IMG/VR virus record: IMGVR_UViG_3300014546_000001
Length of the DNA stretch: 42,248 bases
Reading direction: 5' to 3' (one strand)
Source of the DNA: a virus
A program made the translations under genes and the position numbers. The first letter of the stretch is position 1; every line of letters starts with the position of its first letter. Below, in pieces: positions 17,329-27,757 of this stretch. A model generated the notes under the pieces. The model was not told where the DNA came from and ran no database searches. It saw only the letters and a program-made list of their open reading frames with translations.

Positions 17329-18300
17329 ATGAGTAACAATAGAGGCATTTACGGCGGCGTGCCGTTTGGCGCTATTCAAACCAACTTTTACGACCAGCAG
17401 GAAACCTCTGCAGACGGGCGGTTAGCTTATGCAAGCGATATTGACCTCTGCGATGCCATCTCTGTTGGCGAAGAGGGCGGTGTTGGCGTTGGCTATGGCG
17501 TAAAAATCGTCGCTTTGTCCGGTGCGGCAAAACGCCCGGGAATTAACGACCAGCAGATTATTCTGCCGGATAGTTCTTCAACCGCTGCTGATTTTGGCGG
17601 TATGGTTATCCGCACAATGGCTGGCAATACCGGCGCTGACGGCGAAAACTATATGCGCGAAAAATCAATGGCAACCGTCCTGCGTAAAGAAAGAGTCGGC
17701 GGGCGTATTTATGTTCGTATGGCTGACGCTTTTACGGCTGGAGCTTCCGCTTATTGGCGTATTGCCGAACGCGTGCCGAATAGCAATGTTAAAGTAGGAC
17801 GTTTGTGCGGCGCGGCAATCTCCGGGCAGGGAACAACCCCGGCGGTAGCTGCAACCGGAACTGTAACCTTTACCAAAAACCCGTCTGACGGCGACACGCT
17901 TAAAATCGGTAATACGACCTATACATTTAAGACTTCACCGGCAGCTGCAAATGATGTTGCCATTAAAGAGACTGTACATGAAACAGCCCAGAAATTGGCG
18001 GATGTTATCAACGGCGATTCCGGCGAGGCTTACGCGGGGACGACTTCCTCGTCTTTGGACGTTTCCGCAGAAGTTGAGGCTGGCGTAATGACTTTGACAG
18101 CCCGCACGGCTGGAACTGCCGGCAATAGCTTGGCTTTGGTGCAGACCGGCGATTTTGCAAATGTATCCGGTGCGACCTTGTCCGGCGGCGTTAATTCGTC
18201 AACTTCGTCTGTAACCGACACCGTGCAGCTGACGAATGTTAAGTTTAGAAGTTCCGGCGCTGCTGGCGACTTGGCTTTGGTTGAATTTGTAACCGACTAG
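17329..18300 (+). CDS. head protein (decoration/auxiliary capsid protein?)
   Basis: Between scaffold and major capsid; G/T/S-rich C-terminal half. Confidence 0.4.
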   Translation: MSNNRGIYGGVPFGAIQTNFYDQQETSADGRLAYASDIDLCDAISVGEEGGVGVGYGVKIVALSGAAKRPGINDQQIILPDSSSTAADFGGMVIRTMAGNTGADGENYMREKSMATVLRKERVGGRIYVRMADAFTAGASAYWRIAERVPNSNVKVGRLCGAAISGQGTTPAVAATGTVTFTKNPSDGDTLKIGNTTYTFKTSPAAANDVAIKETVHETAQKLADVINGDSGEAYAGTTSSSLDVSAEVEAGVMTLTARTAGTAGNSLALVQTGDFANVSGATLSGGVNSSTSSVTDTVQLTNVKFRSSGAAGDLALVEFVTD

Positions 18301-18317
18301 AATAAGGAGTATAGAAA

Positions 18318-19301
18318 ATGAGTATCACTTATGGTGGACAAAAGGCAGTAACCGCACAGGAAGTTGCTTTTTCAATCTATACAGCCGTTGATTCCGCATT
18401 TTTTGACGTTGAATACCCGGAGCAGGACTGGTATAAAGTCCTTAAAGACGACCAGATTATCTCCAATATCAACGCAGGCGCACAGAACTACGGGTTTATT
18501 ACCCGCGACCGTCAAGGCTCTGCAGCGTTTATCGGACAGGCTGAAAATAACAATATCCCGATGGTTTCGCAGTCTATCGGCGCGGTAACCGTGCCGCTGG
18601 CAGCCTCTGCCGTTGGGGCAAAAATCAACAACGAAGACGCCAGACAATGGCAGTTTGGCTTTAATGGCAATCTGGCGCAAGAACTTGGCGAAATTATGCG
18701 TGTTGCTTGCGACAACCTGATTGAAACGTCAACGATGTTCGGCGATTCTTCTGTTGGTTTCCAAGGGTTCATCAATTATCCGGGCGTTGTCATCTCTAAC
18801 GCTATGCCGTCCGAATCGGATCCGGCATCCACGAAATGGAAGGACAAGACGGCGCAGGAAATGATTAAAGACGTGCAGTCGCCTATCCGCGCGGTATATC
18901 TCCGCACCAGAACGGTTATGCTGCCGAATGTTGTCTTTTTGCCGCCTGAACAGTTCTCTATGCTGAACGACACGCCGTTCACGTTGGGGACTGGCGGGGC
19001 AACAGCCGCATTTAGCTCTGCGCTGGATTACCTGAAACGCAATAATCTGTATACACAGTTGCGCGGGCAGGAACTGGAAATCGTGCCGATTCGTTATCTG
19101 CAGGGAGCAGGTGTTGACGGTGCTAACCGTATGGTTGTTCAAGACCGTAGCGCGAAAAATCAGGCTATGCCGTTCCCGCTGCCCTATCAGGTGCAAGCGC
19201 CGGTTCCGGTTCCGCTTGGTGCCGAGTTCTATTCTGAACAGAAACACGGCTCGTATGCTATGCGCCAACCTGCAGCGACTATGTATGTTGACGGCATTTA
19301 A
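18318..19301 (+). CDS. major capsid protein (putative)
   Basis: 327 aa; position after the scaffold; strong RBS (AAGGAG). Confidence 0.5.
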   Translation: MSITYGGQKAVTAQEVAFSIYTAVDSAFFDVEYPEQDWYKVLKDDQIISNINAGAQNYGFITRDRQGSAAFIGQAENNNIPMVSQSIGAVTVPLAASAVGAKINNEDARQWQFGFNGNLAQELGEIMRVACDNLIETSTMFGDSSVGFQGFINYPGVVISNAMPSESDPASTKWKDKTAQEMIKDVQSPIRAVYLRTRTVMLPNVVFLPPEQFSMLNDTPFTLGTGGATAAFSSALDYLKRNNLYTQLRGQELEIVPIRYLQGAGVDGANRMVVQDRSAKNQAMPFPLPYQVQAPVPVPLGAEFYSEQKHGSYAMRQPAATMYVDGI

Positions 19302-19333
19302 TCATAACTTTTGAAAATGGGGGGTAAATAAAA

Positions 19334-19897
19334 ATGGCTTTTCAAAAAGGAAATAAATTAGGCAAGGCGGCAAAAAAAGCCGCCGAGCCTAAAAAAGAGG
19401 TTAAGGCGGCAGCAGAAGACAAAGCGGAAGAGGTAAAAGACTCTGATGTTTTGGCGGCAGTCAATCAGGAAAAACTGGCAGCAGCGCAAGGCGTTAAAAA
19501 AGAGGCGCAACCGGTAGAAAAGGAATATATACCGGCTAGTAAGTCATATTACACGGTTTGGAATATGTCCGTAAACCCGCTTTTGTTGCGAATCGGCAAG
19601 CACGAAATTGAGATAATCTCACGGGAGTGCAAAAAGGTTGACGCAGATATTTTTGAAGAACTGTTAAAACTTCAATATATCCGCAATCTGCTTGACAAGG
19701 GGCTTTTACGGGCAACCAAACAAGTGGATAAGGACGAGCCGTTAAGTAAAGATATATCGGTGCAGAAAGCCCCGGAATATCTGACGGAAAACGTAAGCCG
19801 GACAGACGGATTTATGACCATTGCCGCGGAAGTCAAAAAAGACGCAGGCGGCAAGGCTTTTAAACCGGCTGGAAGTATTGATATTAACTTAGGGTAA
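19334..19897 (+). CDS. hypothetical structural protein with K/A/E-rich N-terminus
   Basis: ORF with RBS in the structural module. Confidence 0.4.
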   Translation: MAFQKGNKLGKAAKKAAEPKKEVKAAAEDKAEEVKDSDVLAAVNQEKLAAAQGVKKEAQPVEKEYIPASKSYYTVWNMSVNPLLLRIGKHEIEIISRECKKVDADIFEELLKLQYIRNLLDKGLLRATKQVDKDEPLSKDISVQKAPEYLTENVSRTDGFMTIAAEVKKDAGGKAFKPAGSIDINLG

Positions 19898-19903
19898 AAC
19901 AAA

Positions 19904-20323
19904 ATGGCGTTCGTTTATGTAGATTTTATAAAAGCTTATCCCGAATTTGCCGTTGTGGAGCAATCCGCCGTAAATTATCGGGGCAGCTTTGCCGATAGGT
20001 TTGTAAGCAATACGACTTTTGGCGAGTTTAGAACGGACGCCGTTTTCTTGTTTACCGCGCATTGTTTGGCGATTGAGTTCAATATCTCGTCCGGTTTGGC
20101 AAATGCCGGTAAAAACTCCAGTATGTTAAATACCGGAGTGGCGAGCTCAATTAGCGCAAGCAATGCGAGCTTATCGCAATCGTTTGTCAACAACTCTTTG
20201 ATAACAAGCGACAATCCGCTTTTTGCCGATTTGGGCAGAACGGTTTACGGCTTGCGATTCCTTGAGCTGTTGCAGATGTGCGCGCTTTATGGCTACGTTG
20301 TTTTAAGCCCTGACACATTTTGA
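19904..20323 (+). CDS. head-tail connector-like protein
   Basis: Size, position, and an N-terminal V.DF...YPEF motif. Confidence 0.35.
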   Translation: MAFVYVDFIKAYPEFAVVEQSAVNYRGSFADRFVSNTTFGEFRTDAVFLFTAHCLAIEFNISSGLANAGKNSSMLNTGVASSISASNASLSQSFVNNSLITSDNPLFADLGRTVYGLRFLELLQMCALYGYVVLSPDTF

Positions 20324-20335
20324 GGATTTGGAAAA

Positions 20336-20854
20336 ATGCAGGCGACCGCGACTTTTCAACAGAAAAATAAAGGTTTTGCCGAAAAGCTTTTGAAGAAAGC
20401 AAAAAAAATGCAAGACCTTGAGGCGGCTTGCGGTTTTCCGAATACAGTCAATTTGAAATATGACAACGGCGCAAGTGTTATTGATGTGGCAATATGGAAT
20501 CAATACGGGACTTATAACAGCCCGGCGCGTGATTTTATGACACCAGCAATCAATAATATAAAGGCGCAGTGGGGCAAAATGGCAAAAGCGGCAATGCCCG
20601 CCATAAACGCCGGAAAACTTGACGCAGAAGTTGTTTTTAATCAGGGCGGGAATATGGCGCAAGGCGAGATAAGAAAGTCAATCGTTGACTTGAAAGACCC
20701 GCCAAACGCGCCATTTACTGTTTCCGGCGGGTGGATGCACAACAAGAAAAGCGGAAAGCTTTTTTACGCCAAGGGCAAAGGTTCGGACAATCCGCTGGTT
20801 GATACCGGTAAAATGCTTGGGGCTGTAACTTATACGGTAAGAGAAAGGAGTTAA
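20336..20854 (+). CDS. hypothetical structural (neck) protein
   Basis: Position in the structural module. Confidence 0.4.
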   Translation: MQATATFQQKNKGFAEKLLKKAKKMQDLEAACGFPNTVNLKYDNGASVIDVAIWNQYGTYNSPARDFMTPAINNIKAQWGKMAKAAMPAINAGKLDAEVVFNQGGNMAQGEIRKSIVDLKDPPNAPFTVSGGWMHNKKSGKLFYAKGKGSDNPLVDTGKMLGAVTYTVRERS

Positions 20855-20857
20855 AAG

Positions 20858-21055
20858 ATGAGAGATTTTACAAGAAGTTTGAGAGTCGGAAATAGAAAAT
20901 GGTATATTGAGGCAGGGGGAGATGGAAAGCCCTATTCAACAATTCTTGAATCCGTTGATGCCGATAATGAACAAGAAGCAAAAAGAAAAGCGATTGAAAA
21001 ACTTAAAAGTGATAAACATTGGAACGGCGAAATTAGAAAAATTAAACCAATGTAG
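20858..21055 (+). CDS. small hypothetical protein
   Basis: AGGAG RBS. Confidence 0.4.
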   Translation: MRDFTRSLRVGNRKWYIEAGGDGKPYSTILESVDADNEQEAKRKAIEKLKSDKHWNGEIRKIKPM

Positions 21056-21066
21056 GAGTTAAAGCG

Positions 21067-21486
21067 TTGTCTGTTTTGCCTATGGATTTTAGCTATACTT
21101 TACAGGCGTTCGGGCGCAATCATAGCGTAAGCGCCTATGAAAAGCGCGGCGAATTAAAAGGCGGGCGCTGGATTAAGACGATAGAGAATCGCCGGGCAGT
21201 TGCTAACTGTATTTTGCTTAATATTGAAGAAAAAAAGCTTGAATTGATAGCCGAGGGAAATTTGGTTGACGAGGCGTATTGCGTGATGTTTCAGGATATG
21301 CAGGATACGTTTTACATCTCCGACCAGCAAAACGCGGATATTCAACCGTTGCAGACTTTTCTTGAAATTGACGACAAGGAATTTATTGTTATGAAAAACC
21401 CGGCGACACACAAAAACGCAAATTTTAAGAGCTACTATGCGATTCGGTATAAGGATATAAATAACGATGTCAATGCAGGGGCTTAA
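21067..21486 (+). CDS. hypothetical tail-completion-like protein (TTG start)
   Basis: Position in the structural module. Confidence 0.35.
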   Translation: MSVLPMDFSYTLQAFGRNHSVSAYEKRGELKGGRWIKTIENRRAVANCILLNIEEKKLELIAEGNLVDEAYCVMFQDMQDTFYISDQQNADIQPLQTFLEIDDKEFIVMKNPATHKNANFKSYYAIRYKDINNDVNAGA

Positions 21487-22081
21487 CATAGACGAACAGT
21501 TAGAACGGGCGCGGCAGCTTTTCCGTAGCTTGGCGGAGGTTGCCACCGGCTTGCCGTGCGTTATAGCGCCGTATGACGGACCAACTCCGGCGAATCAATA
21601 TTGTTCTGTTTGGGTGAAAGAATTAAGCCCGGAGCAAAACGATATACAGTATACCGGATTTGATGAAGAGGGCGATTTTTACATTGACCAGAAAAACGAA
21701 ACATATTTGAAAGTTGAGTTTAAGGCGTTCGGACAAGGGGCGCTTGCGGCGCTTGAGAAAGTCATCAGCGAGCTAAAAAGCCCCGAAAGAGGGTATGGTG
21801 CGACCGATGACGAAGACCCGCTGGAAAGGATAAAAAACGCGCCTTTGTGGCAGTATCTTGGATATGGCGGACACGATAACATTCAGGATATATCAACGGT
21901 TGTTTTGGGCAAGGTTTTGCCGCAGGCAGTCGTTAATGTTTATTTTTATGCAAACTTGAGCACGGTTAAAGTCATAGAGGGTTTTGACATGGTTGACTTA
22001 AACGTTAGTGTTCGTGATAATAAAGAAGATATTTTTACGGTAAAAATAGGAGGACAACAAAATGTCAATAACACCGATTGA
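21467..22081 (+). CDS. hypothetical structural protein
   Basis: Overlaps its neighbours in operon fashion. Confidence 0.4.
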   Translation: MSMQGLNIDEQLERARQLFRSLAEVATGLPCVIAPYDGPTPANQYCSVWVKELSPEQNDIQYTGFDEEGDFYIDQKNETYLKVEFKAFGQGALAALEKVISELKSPERGYGATDDEDPLERIKNAPLWQYLGYGGHDNIQDISTVVLGKVLPQAVVNVYFYANLSTVKVIEGFDMVDLNVSVRDNKEDIFTVKIGGQQNVNNTD

Positions 22082-23891
22082 ACTTGACGTTCAAATTAGT
22101 TTAAGCAGAGCGCAGTCATTGACCCCTACGGATATGACGTTGCAATGCTTTAATACGCCGAACGTTGATTTTTTGCACGGGGAGCGCGTCCGGTTTTTCA
22201 GCGACAGCGATTCCTTTAATAAAATTACAACAAGCGGCAGCTCTGTATACTGGGCGGGCAATGCCTTTTTCGGCTTGACTTCCCACCCGGCGCAGATTGC
22301 CGTAGGGCGCATTTTCACGGAAGATCAGCCGGCGTATTTAATGAGCGCGTCTGTTGATTACGCGGCATTAGCTTCTGTTTCTAACGGTGCTTTTAGCGTA
22401 GCGATTGACGGCGTGCGGCAGGAATTATCGCCGACCAACTTTTCCAGCGTAACAAATTTACAAACTTTGATTGCAGCATTAACGCCGTCTGCAAGTGCGA
22501 ACTTTATTGTTGAAGAGTATAACGGCAATTTGATTTTGAAGAGCAAGACGAACGGCGCAAACTCTTCTATCGGCTACGCCGCAGCTCCGACTGCAACGGA
22601 AATTGAAACACCGGCAGTTTTGACCGGCGGCACGGTAACACCGGCAAGCCTGACAAGCATATCAGACGGAGCTTTTAAAATCTCTGTTAACGGCGATGAA
22701 AAAGATATTACCGGGCTTGATTTTCAATCTGCTGACGATATTAGCGGCATTGTAACAGTTTTGACCGGAAAGATTGACGGCGTAACGGTTACGGCAAACG
22801 AAGAAAGCTTGATTTTGACGACAACCGAAACAGGAAGTGCGGCAACGTTGGCTTTTGCAAGTGCCGGTTCTGCCGGAACTGATGTTTCCGCTTTGCTTGG
22901 CTTGACTTCCGGGGCTGGCGCTAATGTTGTAAATGGCACAACGACGCCGGTTGTTGATATATCCGAAATGTTGGGATTGACGCAGGAAAGCGGGGCAAGC
23001 TTGCAAGCGTCCGGTTATGTTGCGGGTTCAATCACCGAAGAGCTGGCAGCAAACCGCGCTTATATCCAAAATATCGGCTCAAATGCCTATGCTTGGAGCT
23101 TGGATGCTGAATACAGAGACACGCAGGACGCACAGGATTTTGCCTCTTGGGTTAATGGCTTGGGCGTTGAGGGCGTAACCTGTATTGTAACGAATAATCC
23201 GAATGTTTTAAATGCTTCGGATACTTCAAACATCGCCTATATCTGTAATTCTATGAATTATCAGGGTGTGGCGACGTTCTATCACGACAATGCGCAGGTT
23301 TACCCGGATGTTGCATACTTGGCAACGTTGCAATCGGTAAACTATGCAACCGCAAATAGCGTTTTGGATATGAAGTTTAAAAACTTAGGTTCTATCCCGG
23401 CGGTTAATCTGCCCGACCTGAATACGAACTTGTCAACTTTGGACAATAAGCGGTGTAACACTATCACTTATTGGGGAACAAGGGACGCTTTGTGCGTAAG
23501 AAACGGCGACCAGTCGTCAAGCTTGTGGCGTTCTGATTTGTGGGTGAACGTCTGCAACTTCATTGCCGAATTGAAAATCAATGTTGCAAATGTATTTTTA
23601 CGCAACAAAAAAATTCCGTATACGGTTGCAGGGCAGACCTTATTGACTTCCGCAACCACGCAGACGTGCGATGCCTATGTAACAAATGGGAGCTTTGCCG
23701 ACCGCGAGTATGCGGACAGCACGGCTGAAAACGGCGTATCTTTGGCAAAAGCCTATACAATCACGCCGCAGCCGATTTCAAGTTCAACACCGGCACAACG
23801 CAGAGCGGGAATTGGAACGCCGTTTGCTATTGTGTTGAATGACAGCGGAAGTATGCGGAGTATTGCAATCTCTATTGAAGTTGTTGATTAA
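22062..23891 (+). CDS. tail sheath protein
   Basis: 609 aa; directly upstream of the tube gene; AGGAGG RBS. Confidence 0.6.
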   Translation: MSITPIELDVQISLSRAQSLTPTDMTLQCFNTPNVDFLHGERVRFFSDSDSFNKITTSGSSVYWAGNAFFGLTSHPAQIAVGRIFTEDQPAYLMSASVDYAALASVSNGAFSVAIDGVRQELSPTNFSSVTNLQTLIAALTPSASANFIVEEYNGNLILKSKTNGANSSIGYAAAPTATEIETPAVLTGGTVTPASLTSISDGAFKISVNGDEKDITGLDFQSADDISGIVTVLTGKIDGVTVTANEESLILTTTETGSAATLAFASAGSAGTDVSALLGLTSGAGANVVNGTTTPVVDISEMLGLTQESGASLQASGYVAGSITEELAANRAYIQNIGSNAYAWSLDAEYRDTQDAQDFASWVNGLGVEGVTCIVTNNPNVLNASDTSNIAYICNSMNYQGVATFYHDNAQVYPDVAYLATLQSVNYATANSVLDMKFKNLGSIPAVNLPDLNTNLSTLDNKRCNTITYWGTRDALCVRNGDQSSSLWRSDLWVNVCNFIAELKINVANVFLRNKKIPYTVAGQTLLTSATTQTCDAYVTNGSFADREYADSTAENGVSLAKAYTITPQPISSSTPAQRRAGIGTPFAIVLNDSGSMRSIAISIEVVD

Positions 23892-23905
23892 GAGGAGTTA
23901 AGACA

Positions 23906-24322
23906 ATGGCAGTAAGAAAAATTTACAATCAGGGGCAGCTTAGTTGTTCTTTTAACGGAACACATCTGCAAGGCTTAATGTCCGGTGCCTCTGTAACAAT
24001 TCACACAATAGGCGGTGAAGTTGAGCTGACCGAAGGCACTGACGGCGGAGCGGCGAACATTGCCACTTTGCAGGGCGGGCGAATCACGGTAACGTTTCGC
24101 GAGACTTCCGACAGCGTGGACTTCCTAAATACGCAGGTATCGCTGCAGCAGGTAAGTTCAACGCCGGGCGTGTTTATTCTGTATTCGGGCGTAAAACGCT
24201 TATATACGATTGCAAATGCGCTTGTGTCGGTTCCGGCAGACTTATCCACCGGCGACAAACAAATGGGCGGGGTAGCCTTTGACTTTGTCGGCACCGGAAT
24301 GGTTGTTGCACCGGGCGAGTAA
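23906..24322 (+). CDS. tail tube protein
   Basis: 138 aa; it follows the sheath and is followed by a terminator and the chaperone pair. Confidence 0.55.
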   Translation: MAVRKIYNQGQLSCSFNGTHLQGLMSGASVTIHTIGGEVELTEGTDGGAANIATLQGGRITVTFRETSDSVDFLNTQVSLQQVSSTPGVFILYSGVKRLYTIANALVSVPADLSTGDKQMGGVAFDFVGTGMVVAPGE

Positions 24323-24335
24323 AACAGGAAGAGAA

Positions 24336-24370
24336 AAAGCCCCGGATAAAAACGGGGCTTTACTTAAATT
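24336..24370 (+). terminator. rho-independent terminator after the tube gene
   Basis: aaagccccg-gataaaaa-cggggcttt form a 9-bp GC stem, followed by tttactt. Confidence 0.6.
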
Positions 24371-24390
24371 AACAAACGAAAGGTTGTAAA

Positions 24391-24912
24391 ATGGATAACT
24401 TGGGGGAATTTACAAGCTTTTCCGTAAATGGAAAGACCTACAACATAAAAAACTTCAGTGTGTTTGAGGCATTGAGTTTTCATATTGAATTTATGGCTAC
24501 AATGGGCGGTTTTATCGGTTCTGCAATAGCTTTGTTTAACAACAAAGGGGAAGAGCCTAAAAAGGGGAAAAACGCGCCACAAGGCAAAAAAACGGGCAAT
24601 GACGAGATAGCCGAGCTTTTTGCAAAAATCAAACCGGAAGAAACAGAACGGTTGATGAAGAAAGTTCTAAGCCGGGTTATCACGCCGGAGCAGATTTGCC
24701 TGGAAAATCAGGCGGCGGCTAACGACTGGTTCGGCAGACCGGAAAACGCTGGGGACTTATGGCTTGTATGCTTAAACGGGCTGGTGTCTTTGGTGGGGGA
24801 ATATTTACCGAGTGGGCTAAATATAGCGCTACTCGGGTTCAAGAAAGTTCTGGCAGGGCTATCAGCATTGAGCCCGGACAACGCGTCTATGCCTTTATCG
24901 GGGAGCCGGTAA
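24391..24912 (+). CDS. tail assembly chaperone (G-like)
   Basis: Lies between tube and tape measure; overlaps the next ORF in the -1 frame. Confidence 0.45.
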   Translation: MDNLGEFTSFSVNGKTYNIKNFSVFEALSFHIEFMATMGGFIGSAIALFNNKGEEPKKGKNAPQGKKTGNDEIAELFAKIKPEETERLMKKVLSRVITPEQICLENQAAANDWFGRPENAGDLWLVCLNGLVSLVGEYLPSGLNIALLGFKKVLAGLSALSPDNASMPLSGSR

Positions 24913-25040
24913 GGCGTGGGCTTGTAGACTTTGCCGGGTTGTATAACGGCAAGGTTTCAATTAAAATGTTTTTTGAGGCGAAACGGATGGCAGACTGGCT
25001 TAACTACATAGAGGCAGCGAGCTATCACAAAGAGGACTGA
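24759..25040 (+). CDS. frameshift-extension ORF (GT-like) of the tail assembly chaperone
   Basis: Open in the -1 frame relative to 24391..24912; it ends 4 nt before the tape measure start. Confidence 0.3.
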   Translation: MACMLKRAGVFGGGIFTEWAKYSATRVQESSGRAISIEPGQRVYAFIGEPVRRGLVDFAGLYNGKVSIKMFFEAKRMADWLNYIEAASYHKED

Positions 25041-25043
25041 CAA

Positions 25044-26771
25044 ATGGCAGTTGTTGACGAGTTAGTTACATTATTATCGTTTAAGACGAGCCCCGGAACT
25101 GAAAAGGCTATAAAGTCCATCAAAGACGGGATATCTACGTTAAAAAGCGAGATTACGAAGTGGGCGGCAGCAGCAACGGCAGCCGGAGCAGCCACATCTG
25201 CTTTTTTGCTTAGTGCAAGCGATAAGGCGATAGAACTGCAAAAGCTATCGCAATCAACCAACTTGTCAACAGACAGCCTGCAGCAATGGCAATATGCGGC
25301 GGAGGCTGTCGGCGCGTCATCGGCCGCCGTAACCTCCGACCTTGAAAGCTTGTTAAAAACGATGAGTTCCCCGATTCCGGGCGAGCTTAATATGGAACTT
25401 ATGATGTTAGGCGTAAGCGTCCATAATGCAAGCGGGCAGCTTAGGGGTGCTGATGAAGTATTAAAGGATGTTGGCGACAAATTAAATAAAATGAGTTCTG
25501 CCCGTGCTGTCCAGTGGGCGGAGCGTGTCGGCATATCAAACGACACTTTGATGTTGCTTAAACAGGGGCGGCAGGGTTTAAGCGAGCTTTTTGAAGAGGC
25601 GCAGCTTGTTGGGGCGATTATACCGGAAGACGCAATTAACCGGGGCGCGGAATTATCAAAATCAATCAAAACGCTTAAAACGGTTTTTCAAGCGTTAGGA
25701 AACAGCATTGCTTTGAGCTTTGCGCCGAACTTAAAAAAAGTTGTGGATAACTTCAAACAATTTTTAATCAACAATGCGGATTTTGTCCGTCAGGGCTTAG
25801 GTGTAACGATTGACGGGGTGAGCCGGGGTTTCGGGCGCTTTTGGGATATTCTCGTTAAAATTAAAGACGGGTTTGTTGCTTTGCTACAACCTATGCAGCC
25901 GTTCTTAAAAAATATGGATGCGGTTAAGATTGTTGCCGGACTGGTTACCGGGGCGCTGGCGGGTTTTCTGGCGTTAATGGCTCCGGCAATCATACAGTTT
26001 GCCGCAGTGGGCGCGGCTATTGCCGGTGTTTCTCTTGTCATTGAAGATTTTATTACTTGGCTACAGGGCGGTGAAAGCGTCATCGGGGATATTGTAAACG
26101 CTTTTTCAAATTGGATGGACAAATTCCCTGAATTAAAAGAAGACTTAAAATCGGTCGGGCAGGTTTTTGCCGATGTGTTTAACGCCATACCGGGCTTAAT
26201 AGACAAGTGCATTGATAAAATTGAAGATATGTTCCCGGTTATAAACAAGATTTTGAGCGGCTTAGGCAAGGTTATTGATTTTGTATATGAGGGAGCAAAA
26301 ACAGCGGGCGAAACTTTGACGGAGGGTGCGTTAAAAGTCTTTGGCGGCTATGAGGGGCAGGGAGCACGTGAAAACGCGCGCAGGGGCGAAAAAATCCTGC
26401 CGCAATTAACGCAAGCACAAACGGAAAAGCAGGACACAAGCTTAAAAGACGGCATTATTCAGCTTTTGGGTTTTGGCGGGGAAAAATCGGGAAGCGGCGA
26501 AAATATTATACAATTACCGAAAGCCGAAGATATAGACCGTATGTTTGCCGAGTATGACAAGGCACGCGCGATTCCGTCAATAGATTTGACAATTCCACCG
26601 CAGGCACAGCCGCAGGCTGGCGCGGGGAAAGGCATTGTAAATAACAACCAGACCATAACGATTATGACCGGAGCAGACGCGCGCAGCGTTATTCAGGCAA
26701 TGCAAACGGAAATGCCGGACGCTAACGTTGTTTCTTCCGGGACGTATGGCAGCTTTATCGGGGGTTATTAA
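25044..26771 (+). CDS. tail tape measure protein
   Basis: 575 aa, helical, with a central hydrophobic block (VAGLVTGALAGFLALMAPAIIQFAAVGAAIAGV); position. Confidence 0.75.
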   Translation: MAVVDELVTLLSFKTSPGTEKAIKSIKDGISTLKSEITKWAAAATAAGAATSAFLLSASDKAIELQKLSQSTNLSTDSLQQWQYAAEAVGASSAAVTSDLESLLKTMSSPIPGELNMELMMLGVSVHNASGQLRGADEVLKDVGDKLNKMSSARAVQWAERVGISNDTLMLLKQGRQGLSELFEEAQLVGAIIPEDAINRGAELSKSIKTLKTVFQALGNSIALSFAPNLKKVVDNFKQFLINNADFVRQGLGVTIDGVSRGFGRFWDILVKIKDGFVALLQPMQPFLKNMDAVKIVAGLVTGALAGFLALMAPAIIQFAAVGAAIAGVSLVIEDFITWLQGGESVIGDIVNAFSNWMDKFPELKEDLKSVGQVFADVFNAIPGLIDKCIDKIEDMFPVINKILSGLGKVIDFVYEGAKTAGETLTEGALKVFGGYEGQGARENARRGEKILPQLTQAQTEKQDTSLKDGIIQLLGFGGEKSGSGENIIQLPKAEDIDRMFAEYDKARAIPSIDLTIPPQAQPQAGAGKGIVNNNQTITIMTGADARSVIQAMQTEMPDANVVSSGTYGSFIGGY

Positions 26772-26774
26772 AAG

Positions 26775-27362
26775 ATGAGTTTATTAAATGCAAACGCGAT
26801 TTTAAACATTTTCGGAAGTAACGCCCTTATATCAAGCGAAACTTTGGGCGATGTTTCCGCCGATGTGAAAATCAGCGAAGTTCATCAATACGAGGCGGAC
26901 GTAACAACAACCACGCTTGAAAACGGAACGCAAGTATCCGACCACGTCATCACGCATCCTATACAGGCAACGTTAAACTTTGAGATGACAAACAGCGGCT
27001 ACGGGGCTTTGTTTGGGAATCGGGCACAAGATGTTTTTGAAACGCTGGCGGCGATTGTGGAAAATCGGGAGCTCGTTACCTTAACGACCGAACACGCCAT
27101 TTATGACAATATGATAATTAAAAGCTTTAATCCCTTGCACCGCGCGCCGTATAAAGGAGCTTTGCAGATTGCCGTAACCTTGCAGCAAATAAACTTTGTT
27201 TCGGTTGATTTGGTAACCTTGCAGAGCAACGGGACAACAGCCGGGGGTTTAAATACGTCTTTAGCGGGAATGGTATACAGCGGGCGCGCAACCGCGACTT
27301 ATGTCCCGGAAGTCAACAGTTCGGTTTTAAGCGACTTCAAAAACAGTTTATTCGGGGGTTGA
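26775..27362 (+). CDS. distal tail / baseplate protein
   Basis: Position after the tape measure. Confidence 0.4.
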   Translation: MSLLNANAILNIFGSNALISSETLGDVSADVKISEVHQYEADVTTTTLENGTQVSDHVITHPIQATLNFEMTNSGYGALFGNRAQDVFETLAAIVENRELVTLTTEHAIYDNMIIKSFNPLHRAPYKGALQIAVTLQQINFVSVDLVTLQSNGTTAGGLNTSLAGMVYSGRATATYVPEVNSSVLSDFKNSLFGG

Positions 27363-27363
27363 T

Positions 27364-27732
27364 ATGCCATACTTATTACCTTTTGACAACACGCCGAGCG
27401 CAAGAAAAACAATCATATTAAACGAGATGTCGCTTGTTTTTGAAGTGAATTATTTTCCGAACATTCAATGCTGGCTTATGGATATATACCAACCGGCAGA
27501 AAGCGACACGGAAACAAACACGCCGGTTGTAACCGGGATAAACTTGCGCACCGGTGTTGATAATTTGATTAAGGGAAAATGCGAGCTTTTAAACGGGTGG
27601 GCAATCAATGTCGCCAGCCTGACGGGAAAAGAAAACAACACGCCTGACAGTTTGGGGAATGATTGTTTTATTGTGGTTTATATTCCGGGCGAAACGGTGC
27701 CGGTTTCTTTTGAGGATAAAAAACTTGATTAA
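27364..27732 (+). CDS. baseplate-associated protein
   Basis: Position. Confidence 0.4.
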   Translation: MPYLLPFDNTPSARKTIILNEMSLVFEVNYFPNIQCWLMDIYQPAESDTETNTPVVTGINLRTGVDNLIKGKCELLNGWAINVASLTGKENNTPDSLGNDCFIVVYIPGETVPVSFEDKKLD

Positions 27733-27757
27733 CTTTAAGCGAAATTTGGAGTTGTTA

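Noticed and set aside
16334-17379. Long - strand ORFs (258 and 218 aa) inside the protease/scaffold gene
   Set aside because: They are low-complexity (F/L/S-rich) and are the antisense of an E/K-rich coiled-coil coding region. They have no RBS. This is a typical spurious antisense frame.
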